Made by a program: the position numbers and the translations under genes. Positions 1 through 13,229 of a stretch of DNA of 64,000 nt are shown piece after piece (the stretch's first letter is position 1; every line of letters starts with the position of its first letter). The stretch lies in contig NW_027117349.1 of the NCBI RefSeq assembly GCF_038025025.1, positions 1-64,000 on the forward strand. Direction: 5' to 3'. The notes below the pieces were generated by a model. That model was not told the origin of the DNA and made no database searches. It saw only the letters and a program-made list of their open reading frames with translations. The stretch comes from Phyllosticta citribraziliensis. Taxonomy: Eukaryota.

Positions 1-2
1 AC

Positions 3-2147
3 CTAGTACTTTCTATAAATAATTCTACTATTAGTTTTACTAGTCTTAGTAATAATTTAGTAAATATCCTTAATATATTAAGGCTATCTAATAATATTAT
101 AAATATAGCCCTAAGCTATAACTTCTTTAGTAATAATATCTAGAATACTTTAAAGTAATAGAGGTCCCCTCCTTAGGAGGAAGAGTCTAATAAATACTAC
201 TATTTTAATCTTCCTCCTACTACCCCTAATATATATTAGAGAATTATACTAACTATAGAAAGTTTAGTCTATAGAAATAATAATAATAATACTATTATCC
301 TAATAAATAAGGATAATAAGGAAGAAGTCTATAATAATAATAAGGTAGATTTAGACCTAGAAGTTATTATTATATCTCTAACTAATAATACTAAGAAGAT
401 TTATATAATTAAGTACTATATTTATACTAGAATTAATAACTAGATCTTATCTATTAGATTTTATAAGAAGTTTCCTACTAAGGCTATTCTTATATTTAAA
501 GAATCCTAGTAAAAGAAGCTCTCTAAGCTTAGTAAGGCTAGAGATTAGTATAACTTAAGTAACTACTATAACTCTTATATCTATAGGATTAGTAAGTACT
601 TAGGTCTTTAAACTAAGTAGGGAATAGATAATATTATTTATCTTTATTTAGAGTATATTTAGTATAATTATAAGAGATTATCTAATATCCTATCCTATAA
701 GGATAGGTATTATTAGTTTATACTATCTTTCTACCCTATTTACTCTACTAATACTATTAGCTTATATATATTTAGCTATAACTATAATACCTAATTTAAG
801 GAAATTATAGCTATAGTTTAGAATATAATCCCTATCCTTAATAAGAGTCTTACTACTCTATTTAAAATAGGCTATAATTAGTATCTAGACCTTATTAATA
901 CTCTACTTAGTAAGTTTAAGGCTATTAGTAATTTAATTATTAATAGCTCTCTCTTTAGCTTCTTAGATAGTATATACTCTAAAATTAATAAGGAGTTTAG
1001 CTACTACCTCTAGTATTAGTAGGAAATTAATACTTATTAGAATCTAGGCTAGAATTATATAATATTCTATTTACTAGTATAGTAGCTTATCTACTAGTAT
1101 CTAATATACTAGCTCCTCTATATTTTATTTAGATCTAACTATACCTACTAGCTCTATATAATACTATACTATATTAAGGACTAGAAAAAGGGTAATAATA
1201 CTAATTTCTACTATTTTAATATTAACTTAAATAAATATACTAATACTAATAGGGGTATTAATATAATTTAGGGTACTATTTCCCTTAATAGTAAGACTAA
1301 TATAGACTATATAATTTTAATAGAGGGCTTTATACCTTATTTTAAGGATTATAGGAATAGTACTATTATTAAGAATATATATAACCCTATAAATATAATA
1401 GGTATTATTAATATTAAGAAGGGTCTAATCCTTAACTATTTTATTAAATTTATTAAGGATAGAGGCCTAGACTAGTCTAATAATAAGGTAGTAGTCTATA
1501 GTACTAGAATTTCTTACCTAATAATACTATATAGAGCTAAGGGACTAGTAAAGGGTATATATAAGATAATTTTCCTATAGTACTATAAAGTTAACTAGAA
1601 TTATAACTATCTTAAAATTAATAAGTTAGGTACTTAGGTAGAGCTAGCTACCTACTATAAGAACTAGGTCCCTTTTAAGATTATATTTTCTAGTTTCTTA
1701 TATATATATAGCTATTACCCCTATAAGTTTCTAGTATTAGTAGAGGTAATTAGTATTAATTTAATTAGTAATACTTTAGTCTACTCTTATTACTAGGACT
1801 CCTTATTAGTTATAAAGGAAGTTAAGAAGGTTATAGATATAGCTAATAATCCTAAGATATTAGCTAGCTACTTTTATAATATAGAGCTAGATATAATTAA
1901 TACTTATAATAAGCTATTCCTAGTCTTTACTAAAGAGGAGAAGTATACCTTTAGTAAGAAGTCCTACTTCTATTATAAGGATAATAATATTACTAGGCCT
2001 ACTCTTAATAAGCCTCTATTAACTAATAAGGATATTATTAAAGCTATAGGTATCTAGTACTATAATAAGTATAGTAAGGATAAGGACTAGGATAATATCT
2101 TATCTACTAGCCCTATTTATAGGAGTATATATAATTTAGGTAAGTAA
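3..2147 (+). pseudogene. RIP-inactivated 2OG-Fe(II) dioxygenase-like (PhyH/clavaminate-synthase-like fold) gene, 5' end probably outside window
   Basis: One reading frame (codons start at positions divisible by 3) with no frameshift; stops are TAA/TAG explicable as RIP of CAA/CAG/CGA/TGG. De-RIP reading: EF..Y..H.REIN...NLGW...FYSL.QQL.RQ.P.Y; GD.TNF(R/C)HFDIN (HxD at 1212-1220); RG.N.IQG.ISL; ISHP.IPHGAKGP.KG.R..IFPWY (distal His at 1530-1532); GTW.ELA..H; YG..PYKFP..VE; SDALVC.RRWDS; FGKKSYFY. The 3' stop position is uncertain. Confidence 0.7.
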
Positions 2148-2240
2148 TATACTAATTAGCTACTCTAATCTAGCCTCTTATAGACTATAGCTTATTCTCT
2201 TTTTTATCTTTTATCCTTATTTCTTCTTACTTATTAGGGG

Positions 2241-2873
2241 ATAGTAAAATAAGGAGTACCCCCCTATATATAGTATTACTAGCTAGTATAGTTTTTATAG
2301 CTTTTAATAGGTACTTTTAGTAATTATAGTTCTTATTCTTAGCTATAGTTTTAGCTTAGATATAAGTAGAAGATTAGGCTAGTAAGAAAATAAGACTATA
2401 GGTAGCTCTAGAATACTAGGAAGGTATAGTTCTATATAGCTTAGTAGTAATAATAATAGCTAATAAAAGTATAAGTAAATTTAGTATCTTTAGTAGTAAT
2501 AGGAGGTTTTATACTATCTATATTTTTAGTAGTAGATTAGCTAGTTATATACCCCCTTTTATAGCTACTTATTAAGAGGTACTACTTATATAAATAAAGT
2601 CTTTTATACTAGGTTAAACTATTATCTACTAAATACTTAGTTATTTATTTATTTATACTTATTATTTATATCTAAATCTTATACTACTTAGATAGTGAAG
2701 TAATGGCTAGATAGTAGCTTATTTTAGTTAGTTTAGTAGTTATTTTATTCCTATCCTATAGAGCCTACTTATTTACTACTAGTTACTATCTCTTATGCCT
2801 CTTCTTATGCTGGCATCTTGGCTGGCTGAGTAAGTATATCAGTGAGTAGCTAGTCCCGCCCATACTAGATACC
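2241..2873 (+). repeat. 633-bp direct repeat, copy 1 (LTR-like or subterminal TE segment)
   Basis: Aligns without indels to 3318-3950 (offset 1077). Differences are almost all C/T or G/A transitions. Confidence 0.92.
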
Positions 2874-3320
2874 TATAGCTTTAATAATATCCTTATTAGT
2901 TAGTAAAGGCTTATTAGGAGTAGGCCTAGTAATATTATTATCCTTATAGTAGAAATAGGACTTCTTACTAAAGATACTCTTCTCCTCTTTAATAAAGACT
3001 AGGAATAGCTTATTATAGGTATTAATTATATCTAGCTCTATATTATAGAAATAGCTAGCTAGTATCTTAGGATTACTAACTATATCTATAACCTTCTTAA
3101 CTTCCTTTATAACTAATAAGGAGTCCTAGTAATAAGAGTAGACTAAAGTATTACTAATTAGATTAATACTAATTACCTCTACTAATACTAGAAACTTATA
3201 GGGGTAATAGCTATATATATATAGGAAACTAGTAGATATAATCTTAGAAGGGACCTAATTCTTATAGTATATTACTAGCTCTACCTAAGTACCTATCTTA
3301 TTAATTTCTAGATAATTATA
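2863..3320 (-). pseudogene. Inverted 458-bp fragment of a second, diverged copy of the dioxygenase-like gene
   Basis: Reverse complement aligns without indels to 1602-2059. It carries several transversions (e.g. CTT/CTA, GCT-ACC/GTA-ATA, TAT-ACC/AGT-ATC) besides RIP transitions. Confidence 0.88.
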
Positions 3321-3950
3321 GTAAAATAAGGAGTACCCCCCTATATATAGTACTACTAGCTAGTATAGTTTTTATAGCTTTTAATAGGTACTTTTAGTAA
3401 TTATAGTTCTTATTCTTAGCTATAGTTTTAGCTTAGATATAAGTAGAAGATTAGGCTAGTAAGAAAATAAGACTATAGGTAGCTCTAGAATACTAGGAAG
3501 GTATAGTTCTATATAGCTTAGTAGTAATAATAATAGCTAATAAAAGTATAAGTAAATTTAGTATCTTTAGTAGTAATAGGAGGTTTTATACTATCTATAT
3601 TTTTAGTAGTAGATTAGCTAGTTATATACCCCCTTTTATAGCTACTTATTAAGAGGTACTACTTATATAAATAAAGTCTTTTATACTAGGTTAAACTATT
3701 ATCTACTAAATACTTAGTTATTTATTTATTTATACTTATTATTTATATCTAAATCTTATACTACTTAGATAGTAAAGTAATAGCTAGATAGTAGCTTATT
3801 TTAGTTAGTTTAGTAGCTATTTTATTCCTATCCTATAGAGCCTACTTATTTACTACTAGTTACTATCTCTCATACCTCTTCTAGTACTAGCATCTTGGCT
3901 GGCTGAGTAAGTGTATCAGTAAGTAGCTAGTCCCACCCACACTAGGTACC
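3318..3950 (+). repeat. 633-bp direct repeat, copy 2
   Basis: Same sequence as 2241-2873 (atagtaaaataaggagtaccccc ... tagtcccRcccaYactagRtacc). Confidence 0.92.
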
Positions 3951-5039
3951 CTACTTAGTATGTCTAAAGGGGTAAATCTAGACTAGAAAACTATACTAAA
4001 AATATTAAGGAATTTTAGCCTTACTTATAACCTTAATAATATCCTTTTTTAAAAAAATACTATAAATGGTAATCTTTACTATAAAAATAGAAGTATAATA
4101 AAGATTAAGGGTAACTTTAAATATTAAGACTCTCTTAATAAAAACTAAGTATATAATAAGACCTTTATAACTAAGCTTAACCCTTTCTTTAAGAAGGAGA
4201 AAAGAGATTAGCTATATTAGTAATTAATATAAGTAGGGAAAAAAAAATATCTAAGATAGACTTAATCTAGAGTGGTTATAAGGAAACTACTAGTGGTCTA
4301 AGATAGACTTTAATTAAGAAGGTTATAATCTAGAGTAGTTATATAAAGAGAAGGAGTACTAAAGGAAGAGGAAGAAATAACTATATATAGAAGGGATAAG
4401 TAAAGTATATAAGGTTATAGTAGCTATATATAATAGAGGGAAATATATAAGAGGTAAGAGGGAGTAATAGTTAGAAGGGGGGTATTAAATAGTAAGTAAG
4501 ATATAAGATATAAAAAGATTAATTAAATAATACTTATAAGGTAAATTTAGTTTAATCTACTTTAGTTAACTATCCTTATCTTTTAGTTCTTTTATCCTTT
4601 ATTAAAGAAAACTTAAAGTAAAGTAAGAAGCTTTTAAGGTTTAGAGTAACCTTACCTCTAGTTTTTAAGACCTTATTATTATTTCTAGCTAGAGTACCTA
4701 CTATATTATATCTTTAGTTAGGTTATTATACTCTATTAGGTTCTTTAAATCTTAAATAAAATTACTAAAAATATATCTTATTTACTTAGAACTAGTTCTA
4801 AGTAATATCTTTATATTACCTTATTTAAATCCTACCTAGTTAAACCCTTATTATTTAAACTTAAAAAACCTAAGATCTTTTACTAATACTTAAATTTAAC
4901 TAAGACTTATAGGAACTTAAGAAGATTACTAAAAGTACCTAAATAAGGTAAGTTAAGTTATTCCTTAAAAAGATTACTCTTAAATAGACCCTTTAAAACC
5001 TTAAAATTAATTTTAAACTTATCTTCTACCCTCTCTCTA

Positions 5040-8000
5040 AAGAATATTATTACTACTTTTTAATAATAATAGGATATAACTTAACTTATTATTAAGAGAT
5101 TAGATAAGAAGAACTAAAACTCTATAATATAATATTAGAACTATAGGATTCCCCCTAGTTATTAGCTATATTTTTACCCCTAATTAATTCTAGGTACTTC
5201 TTAGCTATATTAATATCTATTAAACCCTAACCTCTAGTAGAGAAATATCCCTACTATAATAAATTATTATAATTAAATAACTATTCCTAAAGTATAGAAC
5301 TACTACCTACCTACTCTTTATTAAGAAATAAGCTATAGAGTAGATATATAACTTTAAATATCTTCTTAACTCTTATAGATATAATAACTAGGCTAAATAT
5401 ATAGAATTAGTTTAGTATTTTAAAGGAAGGGATAACTACTAAGTAGTTAAAACTAAGAAGATAGAGAAGGAGGGGGATTAGAAAGCCTTTAAAGAATAGT
5501 TCTTTACTAACTACTTTAAAGGAGACCTAGAAAAAGATAAAGGAACTCTAAAGTAGCTTTATTACTTTATAAAGGAAAAGAAGAATCTTTAGAATAATTA
5601 AAAGTACTTTTATTAGTACTAGTAAGTATATAAAATAGACTCTAAACTAGTTAAGAAAAAGGGATTTATAATAGAAACCTAATAGATTAAATTATTCTTT
5701 AAGGGGTATCTAGATAAAGATATAGTATAGATTTTTAAGAAATATAACTTTATATAAAGTAAAAGAGATAACTAGTCCTAGGATAAACTAGTTAAGAATA
5801 TAGATAGAGCTAAAGAAATTACTAAAATATTAGAATAAGTCTAAGCTAATAACTTAACTTATTAATCTAAGTATTTACTCTTATAATATCTTAAGCTAGA
5901 TTTTAAACTATATAAAAAGATTATCCTAGATCCTAAATTAAATAAATATATTAAACCTTCTACCTTTATAAAACTTATAGCCTTTAAAGAAGGACCCCTT
6001 AGTAAGGTAGTTATTAATAGTTTTAGAAACTTATTATACTAAGAATTAAACCCTAGTATAAAGGATATAAAAGAACTCTATAAATAGTTTTCTTATCTTA
6101 ATATTAATATAGCTAAAGCCTAATATACTCTTAAATTTAATCCTTACTTTACTTATATATATACTAATAAGGATCTTTATTACTATTACCTTACTTATAT
6201 ATACCCTTAATTATATAAATATAATCCTTTAACTAGGCCTTATTAAAATAATTAGAACTTCTTAGCTCCTCTAAATAATTAATAATATCTAGTAAATAAT
6301 TATATAGAGGTACTATTTAATAGGTAGAATAGATAACCTACTTATTTTATATATAAAGAGGGTAGATATCTTATTTAGGACTATCTAGAAATTAAGTTCT
6401 ATAAAGATTAAGGCTAGATATATAAATATAAGAATAACTATTTCTTTATTAGAAAAGCTAAGGACTATACTCTATTAATACCCTTAATTATTATTCTAAG
6501 AGAGTTTAGTATAAAAAAGCTAGAAGCTATTAAGTAGAAGTTAAAATAATATAGTTATCTAATTTATAAGTACTAAAAGCTACTTATAAAGAATATTTAG
6601 AATAATATTATCTACTTTTATAACCTCTACTATAAGCTAGATTAAGAAATAGATATCTTCTTCTTAGGTAACCTAAGAATTATAAGTAACTTTAAAGTTA
6701 ACTACTTTAAGGTAAATATTATAGGTATAGATAGAAATATTTATAGTCCCTAATATCTTTAGCCTAATAAGATCTAGAAGGGAAGAATTAAATAATTAAT
6801 AAAGGTCTTAAATTTAAAGGTAGGTATTAAATTAGCCTTTAAGAGAGCTAAGGTATATAGAAATCTTTATTTTAAGGAGCTTAAAGAAGAATAGGAGGTA
6901 GTTCTAATTTTTTAACTATAAAATAGACTACTAATAATAGACTAAATTAATTAACCTATCTTTTACTAGACTTTTAGAGTTACCCTATCCTAGATATAAG
7001 ATAATAATATAGATATATAAGATATAAAAATAGCCCCTAAAAAGGGACCCTCTAGTAATAAGGATACTTAGCCTAATACCTACCCTCTACTTCTTATTAA
7101 CTCTCTCTTCTAACTATTATAGAGGGAGATAATAATTAACTTCTTTAATTAATTTAAAAGCTTCTTAGAATAGAATAAGCTTAAATCTATTATAGATAAG
7201 CTTCTATATTTAAGGTTTAATATTAAAGGAATCCTAATAAGGACTATTAAGAATACTATTAGTACTATTTAAATTAGCCTAAGAAGAAGTAAAACCCCTA
7301 TTAAAATAGATATAAACCTAATTAAAATATATAGTACCCTAATTAATAAAGAAAAAGTTAATATTAAGGTAATAACTCTAGTTAATAATAGAAAAACTAA
7401 ATTAGAGGAAAAGAATAGACTCTATAATAACTATATAATCTCTATAGCTAAGTACTTTATTAAGCTTATAGAAAGGATTATAAATAATTAAGTAAAAGAA
7501 AAAGAATACTACCTACTAGAATAAGATTTTTAGTAAACTAGTAAAGGAATTTAATACTATAAAATTATACCTACTAGGCCTAGGAAGACTATTCTATTTA
7601 ATCTTTCTAAGAGTTATTCTAAGATACTATAAGAAAGGGGAAGATTTATTAGATAATAATAATATATAAGAAGTCCTAAGCTATATAGAATAGTTAGGAA
7701 TAAGGTAATACTAGTATAAAAGAAAAATTATTAAGGATAGATAGATTAGGCTTTATATACTAGAAAGAATTATTTAATATCTTAAATATTAGCTTAATTA
7801 AACCTAAAAGTAGATTTAAGAATCCTCTAACTAGATTAATAAAAATATATATAGGTATTTTAAACTAAATCCACCTTTAATATTAACTAGATTACCTAAA
7901 GTAATACTATAACCTAAAAACTCTAAACTAGTTTAGAGTAATTAGATAGAAGAAGAAAAAGCTAGACTAGAAGCTCTCTTATAGCTTATAAAGGAATAGG

Positions 8001-11000
8001 GTTATTAATACTCCTATATAGAGAAAGAATTTTAAAAGAGGCTAAATAGCTTTATCTTTAATAGAGGAATCTATAAAGAAGTAAATATTATTTATAAAAA
8101 GAAATAGATAGGTTATATTATTAACTTAGATAAACCCTTAGAGATTACCTACTAAGAAAGAGGTTAGGTAGTAGAAGTTAGGTAGCTAGGGTAAGTTCTT
8201 ATATAAGTTATAAAGTATAACTATATTTAGCTCTATCTAGAAGGTCTAGATTTTAACTACCTAGTATTAAGTATAGAACTAAGGATCTAGGAATTTAATT
8301 AAGACTAATAACTACTTCTAAAACCTATTTTAACTACTTTATTAGTTAAATTTAGAAAGATTTATAGTAAGAGTTCTACTCCTATAGAACTAAAGAAAAA
8401 GAAATAAAAATTCTATATTAATACTTTTACCTATAGGCTAGAGTAGTATCTAGGTAAAATCTACTATAACTATACTCCTAGCCTAATAAGTACTAAGGTC
8501 TTTAAAGAAGAGTAGAGTACTAGTTATATTCTATTCTATTATAATCTTCTATATATTCTAATTAATATTAGGATACTTTATAATATAAAAGCTCTTCTAG
8601 ATACTAGAGCTAAGATTAATATAATTTAATAAGATATTATAGAAATAAGTAGTATTATAACTATAGATATACCTAATAAACTTTAGGATAATATAATAGT
8701 TAGTATAAGTAGGTAAAAGGGAGAATCTTTTAAATAGTAGATACTAGATTTAGCTATTTTAGTCTAAGGAGTACCCTTTAAAGGAGTATTCTTTATTAGC
8801 TAGGAGATAACTTAGCTAATTCTTCTTATATTACCCTAGCTCTACTAAGTAGGTTTTATATTAAATCTTTTCCTAAATAGACTTACTAAAGGATAATTTA
8901 CCTACCCTAATAATAAGAGCTATATTAATTTCTATCTCTCCTTCCCTAATAGATAATTAACTTAAAGAATTAAGTATAGCTTAAGCTATTATTTAAAAGT
9001 TTAACCTAGAATTTAGAGTCTATACCTTTCTTATCTTTTCCTATATTAGTAATCCCTTTACTAGATTAAAATAAACTACCTTTATTCCTTAATTCTAAGT
9101 TTAAAAAATTTAGCTTATTACCTAAAGAATAGGATAGAATTTTTATAGTTATATCTAATTCTCTTATTATAGAAAAGAATTATTTTAAAATTAAATAAAA
9201 AGAAGCTAAAGATAAATAAGAATAGCCTTTTAATACCCTACTATCTACTAGATAATAAGAGGAAAATAAAGAATTTAAAATAGAATAATAGCTACTTAAT
9301 AAGATTTATAAACCTTTTATCCCTTAAGATTAAGGAGTTAATACTACTTATAAAAATAAAGTAAATAAAATAAAACTAGTTAATAATACTAGACCTTCTA
9401 CCTAAGTACTAGAAGTTAATTTAGAATAGAGGGTAAAAGTATAGGAAAAAGTACTTATAATAATACCTATAGAATTAAGTCCTTATAGCTATCTTAGATT
9501 TATCCCCTAATTTATAACTACTTAGACTAGATCTTATCTTACTAAAGAATAGCTATATAAATTATATATATAGAATAGTCTATAGGAAGAAGAAAAAGTA
9601 ATCCTACTTAAAATCCTATTTAATTAAGAAGAAACCCTAGCCTAGACCTTTTAAAAAATAGGTAAAGTTAATAAAGTAGTAATACCTTTATAGAAGATTA
9701 AGATAATTCCTTATAAAGCTTAATAAGTAAAGGGATACTATATTCCCTAAGCTCTCTAAAGTATTTTTAAAGAAATAGTATATAAATATTATATAAAAGG
9801 AATACTTAAATATAGCTAAGCTAGCTATTAAAATAGGGTTTTCTTAATAGAAAAGAAATCCTTAAGGATCTATAGGATAATTAATAATATATAATAAGTT
9901 AATACCTAAACTATCTATAATATATACTAACCCCTAATAATAGATAAATATTCTAAATAATTTATAGATATATAACTACTTAGTATCTTTAACTTCCTCT
10001 CTAGCTATAATTAAATAGGTCTCTATATTAACTCCTAAGACTTAATAACTTTCTAAATAAGCCTTAGCCTTTTCTAATAAATAATACTTCCTTAAGGAGT
10101 AACTAACTTACTAGGTTAATTTTAAAGAGTTATAGAATTTATTCTATATTAGATCTTTAGAAAAGTAGCTAGATCTTACCTTAATAATATTAGAGTAACT
10201 AGATTAAAGACTAAGTATAATAATAAGATAATAGTCCCTAGAGTTTAATAATATATTCTTAAGTACCTACTAAACCTAGATACTACTCTACTAGAACTTA
10301 AACTTATTAGATATACTATCTTAGTACTAAAGTATTAGTTCTATTACCCTAAGGTTATAATTATTAGATATATCTATAGAGAAAATAGAAGGGAGCCCTA
10401 CTAATTAAAAATTACTACTATTATAGACTAGCTAAAATATAAAAATAAATACTATATTAGAATATTTTTAGGAATATATATCTACTATTATATTTAGATT
10501 AAAAACTATACTATAGTAGCTACTCTATTATTTAATCTCCTTTAATAATTAGTAGAATTTACTTAGGGCCTTAAAGAATAAGACTTAATAGATTCTTTAA
10601 AGAGAAGCCTAATAAGGGCCCTAGTACTTAGATTAATTAACTATAGTAAAGGAGCTAGAGAAATTATTTTAATAGTTAATACTTCTAATATTAGCTAGGG
10701 AGGCCACCTCCTCTAGATTAGAGATAAATGTTAAATGATACTCTAAACCAGTTTAGAGTAATATTACTAGAAATTCCTCTAATTTAATCCCTACTTAATA
10801 AGTTATATTTAAGTAAAAAATATCTTATAATTACTAGATAGCTTACTATACTTTAGTATCCTCCTTATTTAGATTAAGCTAAATTTAAATCCTTTAAGAA
10901 GTAGGCCCTTAAATTTATTATTTATAACTAGATATTATTTAAAAAGGCAACCTAAAACTTACTACTCTAAAGGGTTATTAATAGCCTTAAATAATAATAA

Positions 11001-12400
11001 GCTATTTAAGAAAGTATTTATAATAAAAATAGTTACTAAGGCCTAGAAGCCACTTTAGCTAAGGTCTTAAAACTCTACTTTTAGGATACTCTTTATAAAG
11101 ATATCTATTAATTTATTAAATCCTATCTAGAATATTAGTAATAAATATCCTATTATATTAAAGAATCTCTTAAAGTCTCCTATATAACTACTTTAATATC
11201 TTAATAGGTAATTAATATAACCTATATTACTAAAAGTAATAGAAAATTAAAATATACTATTACTTAGAAAAAAGTCTTAGGATAGGTTAAAGTAGCTACT
11301 ATAAAAATAGCTAACTCTTCTAAAATAGTAAAATTTATCTATAAAGATATTATCTACTAATATAGATACCTAACCTAGATTACCTAAGATAGAGGCCCTA
11401 AAAATAAAGTAGTAGTAGAAGCTCTTTAAATTAAATATAGTATTAATATCTACTTAATAAGTACTTACTACCTAATAGCTAATAACTTTATTAAATAGGG
11501 TTATTAGCCTATCCTTAATACCCTTTTAAAACTTACTTAGGGTAGTAGTAGATATTAGATATTTTATTTACTAACTATTATTTAGATAGACTATACTACT
11601 ACTTAAAGAACTACTAGTCTAATACCTATAGAACTAGTATATAGGTATAATATAATTCTCCTAATTAAGCTAGAAATCCTTTCTTAATAGGCCTTACCTT
11701 AGTCTTTAGTATAGAATAATACTAACCTCCTTACCCTTTAGACCTAATAAATTAAATAATAAGATTAGTAACTATTTAAAGTTACCTTATATACCTATTA
11801 ATAAAGAATTATAGCTATAAAATACTAGGATAATATTTATAATATCTATCCTAGTACTAATATTTTAAATAAAGGAGATATAATACTCTTAAAAAACTTA
11901 GTACTAGAAATAGCCTATAATAAAAAGATATAGTTTTAGTAGTAAGGCCCCTATAAGATCTTTTAAATTAATTATTTTATAGATACTTATTACCTTAAGA
12001 AGCTAGAAAGGAGAGGGGCTTAGCTTTAAGATACCTATCTAGAATAATAGCTTAAAAGATTCCTATAATAAGAGGATAACCTTTAAAAAAAACCTATTAT
12101 ACCTATAAAAGGCCTAATTCTAAAAGAGTAACCTATAATTAAGGTATCTCTAATATTAATCTATAAAAGGTACCCTCTTCTATAATAAAGGGGATATAAT
12201 ATCTAGACTCCTATACCCCTACTTAGAGAGAGGCTTTACTCTAGTTATAGATTTAATTAAGTTATAAAATTAGATACTAACTTTAAAGACCCCCTTAAGG
12301 ACTATTATAAGGTACTACTATACCTTAGACCTCCTTCCCTAAGGGTTATTATTCTACTATATTACCTATTATTAGCCTACTAGTACTAGCTATTTCTCTC
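5040..12400 (+). mobile_element. RIP-degraded Ty3/Gypsy LTR retrotransposon gag-pol (element 1); boundaries approximate
   Basis: De-RIP motifs in Gypsy order: CX2CX4HX4C knuckle 6343-6384; protease ALLD(T)G 8591-8608; RT DFLSGYDQ...LPQGATNS...YLDD (10177-10188); RNase H start (VDAS..GWGG, ~10670-10705); integrase HHCC ~11020-11135, D(GG)PEN ~11390, SAYHP..N..IERG ~11460-11500, GPY ~11946. Confidence 0.9.
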
Positions 12401-13229
12401 TAAAAATATATAGGATCCCTAATTCTATAATCTAAATTTATAGAGATACCCCCTAAATTAATATCCTTTAATATTTAGAAAATACTATAATCTAGTATAG
12501 TTTTTTATTTCTATACCTAATTTTCCTTATCTAGTTTTATTAGTAGTATCCCTACCTATACTATAGACTATATCTACCCTAAAACTATAGTCCCTAAAGT
12601 ATCTAGGATATTCTATATAGTCTATAGCTATAGTTCCTAATATACTAAGGACTATATACCTACCCTACCTACTAGTAACTATAGTTACTACCCTAATTTT
12701 TAAAGTAAATATACTAGAATCCCTATTTCCTACTAGCTAAAATTCTAGAGATCCCCTTATTATAGCCCTAAAAAAATACCTAGAAAAGTAATAATAAATA
12801 GTCCCTAAGGCCCTCTCTATTACTACCCTTAACTTAAAAAACTAAGAAAATTAAAAAATTAGATCTTATTAAGATCCCTATTACCCTTATTTTAAAATCC
12901 CTAGTTAAAAAACTAAAAATCTAATATTTTTTATTTTCCTTATAAGTTCCTAGGAGGTCTCCTACTTATTTATTAAGTATAAAAAGAACCTAGAAAAACC
13001 TTACTCTTTAGTTCCCTCTTTATCCTATCTAGTAATATAATAACCTAGGTACCTAGTCTAATATTATACTACCTAATATTAAACTTAATAACCTTATTAT
13101 TATATATTTTTATATATAAAAATCTAGTTAGAAACTTAGATTATAGTAGGATTTTAATAATAAACCCTTATATTAGTTACCCTAATACTAGCTTAAAATA
13201 CTAACTAAAAAATAGAAAACCTAACTTAC

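Noticed and set aside
4474..4760. PPT-like AGAAGGGGGG followed by a 5' LTR of element 1
   Set aside because: The following sequence does not match the candidate 3' LTR at 17426-17864; the 15-bp match near 17297 is likely chance in RIP-skewed DNA.
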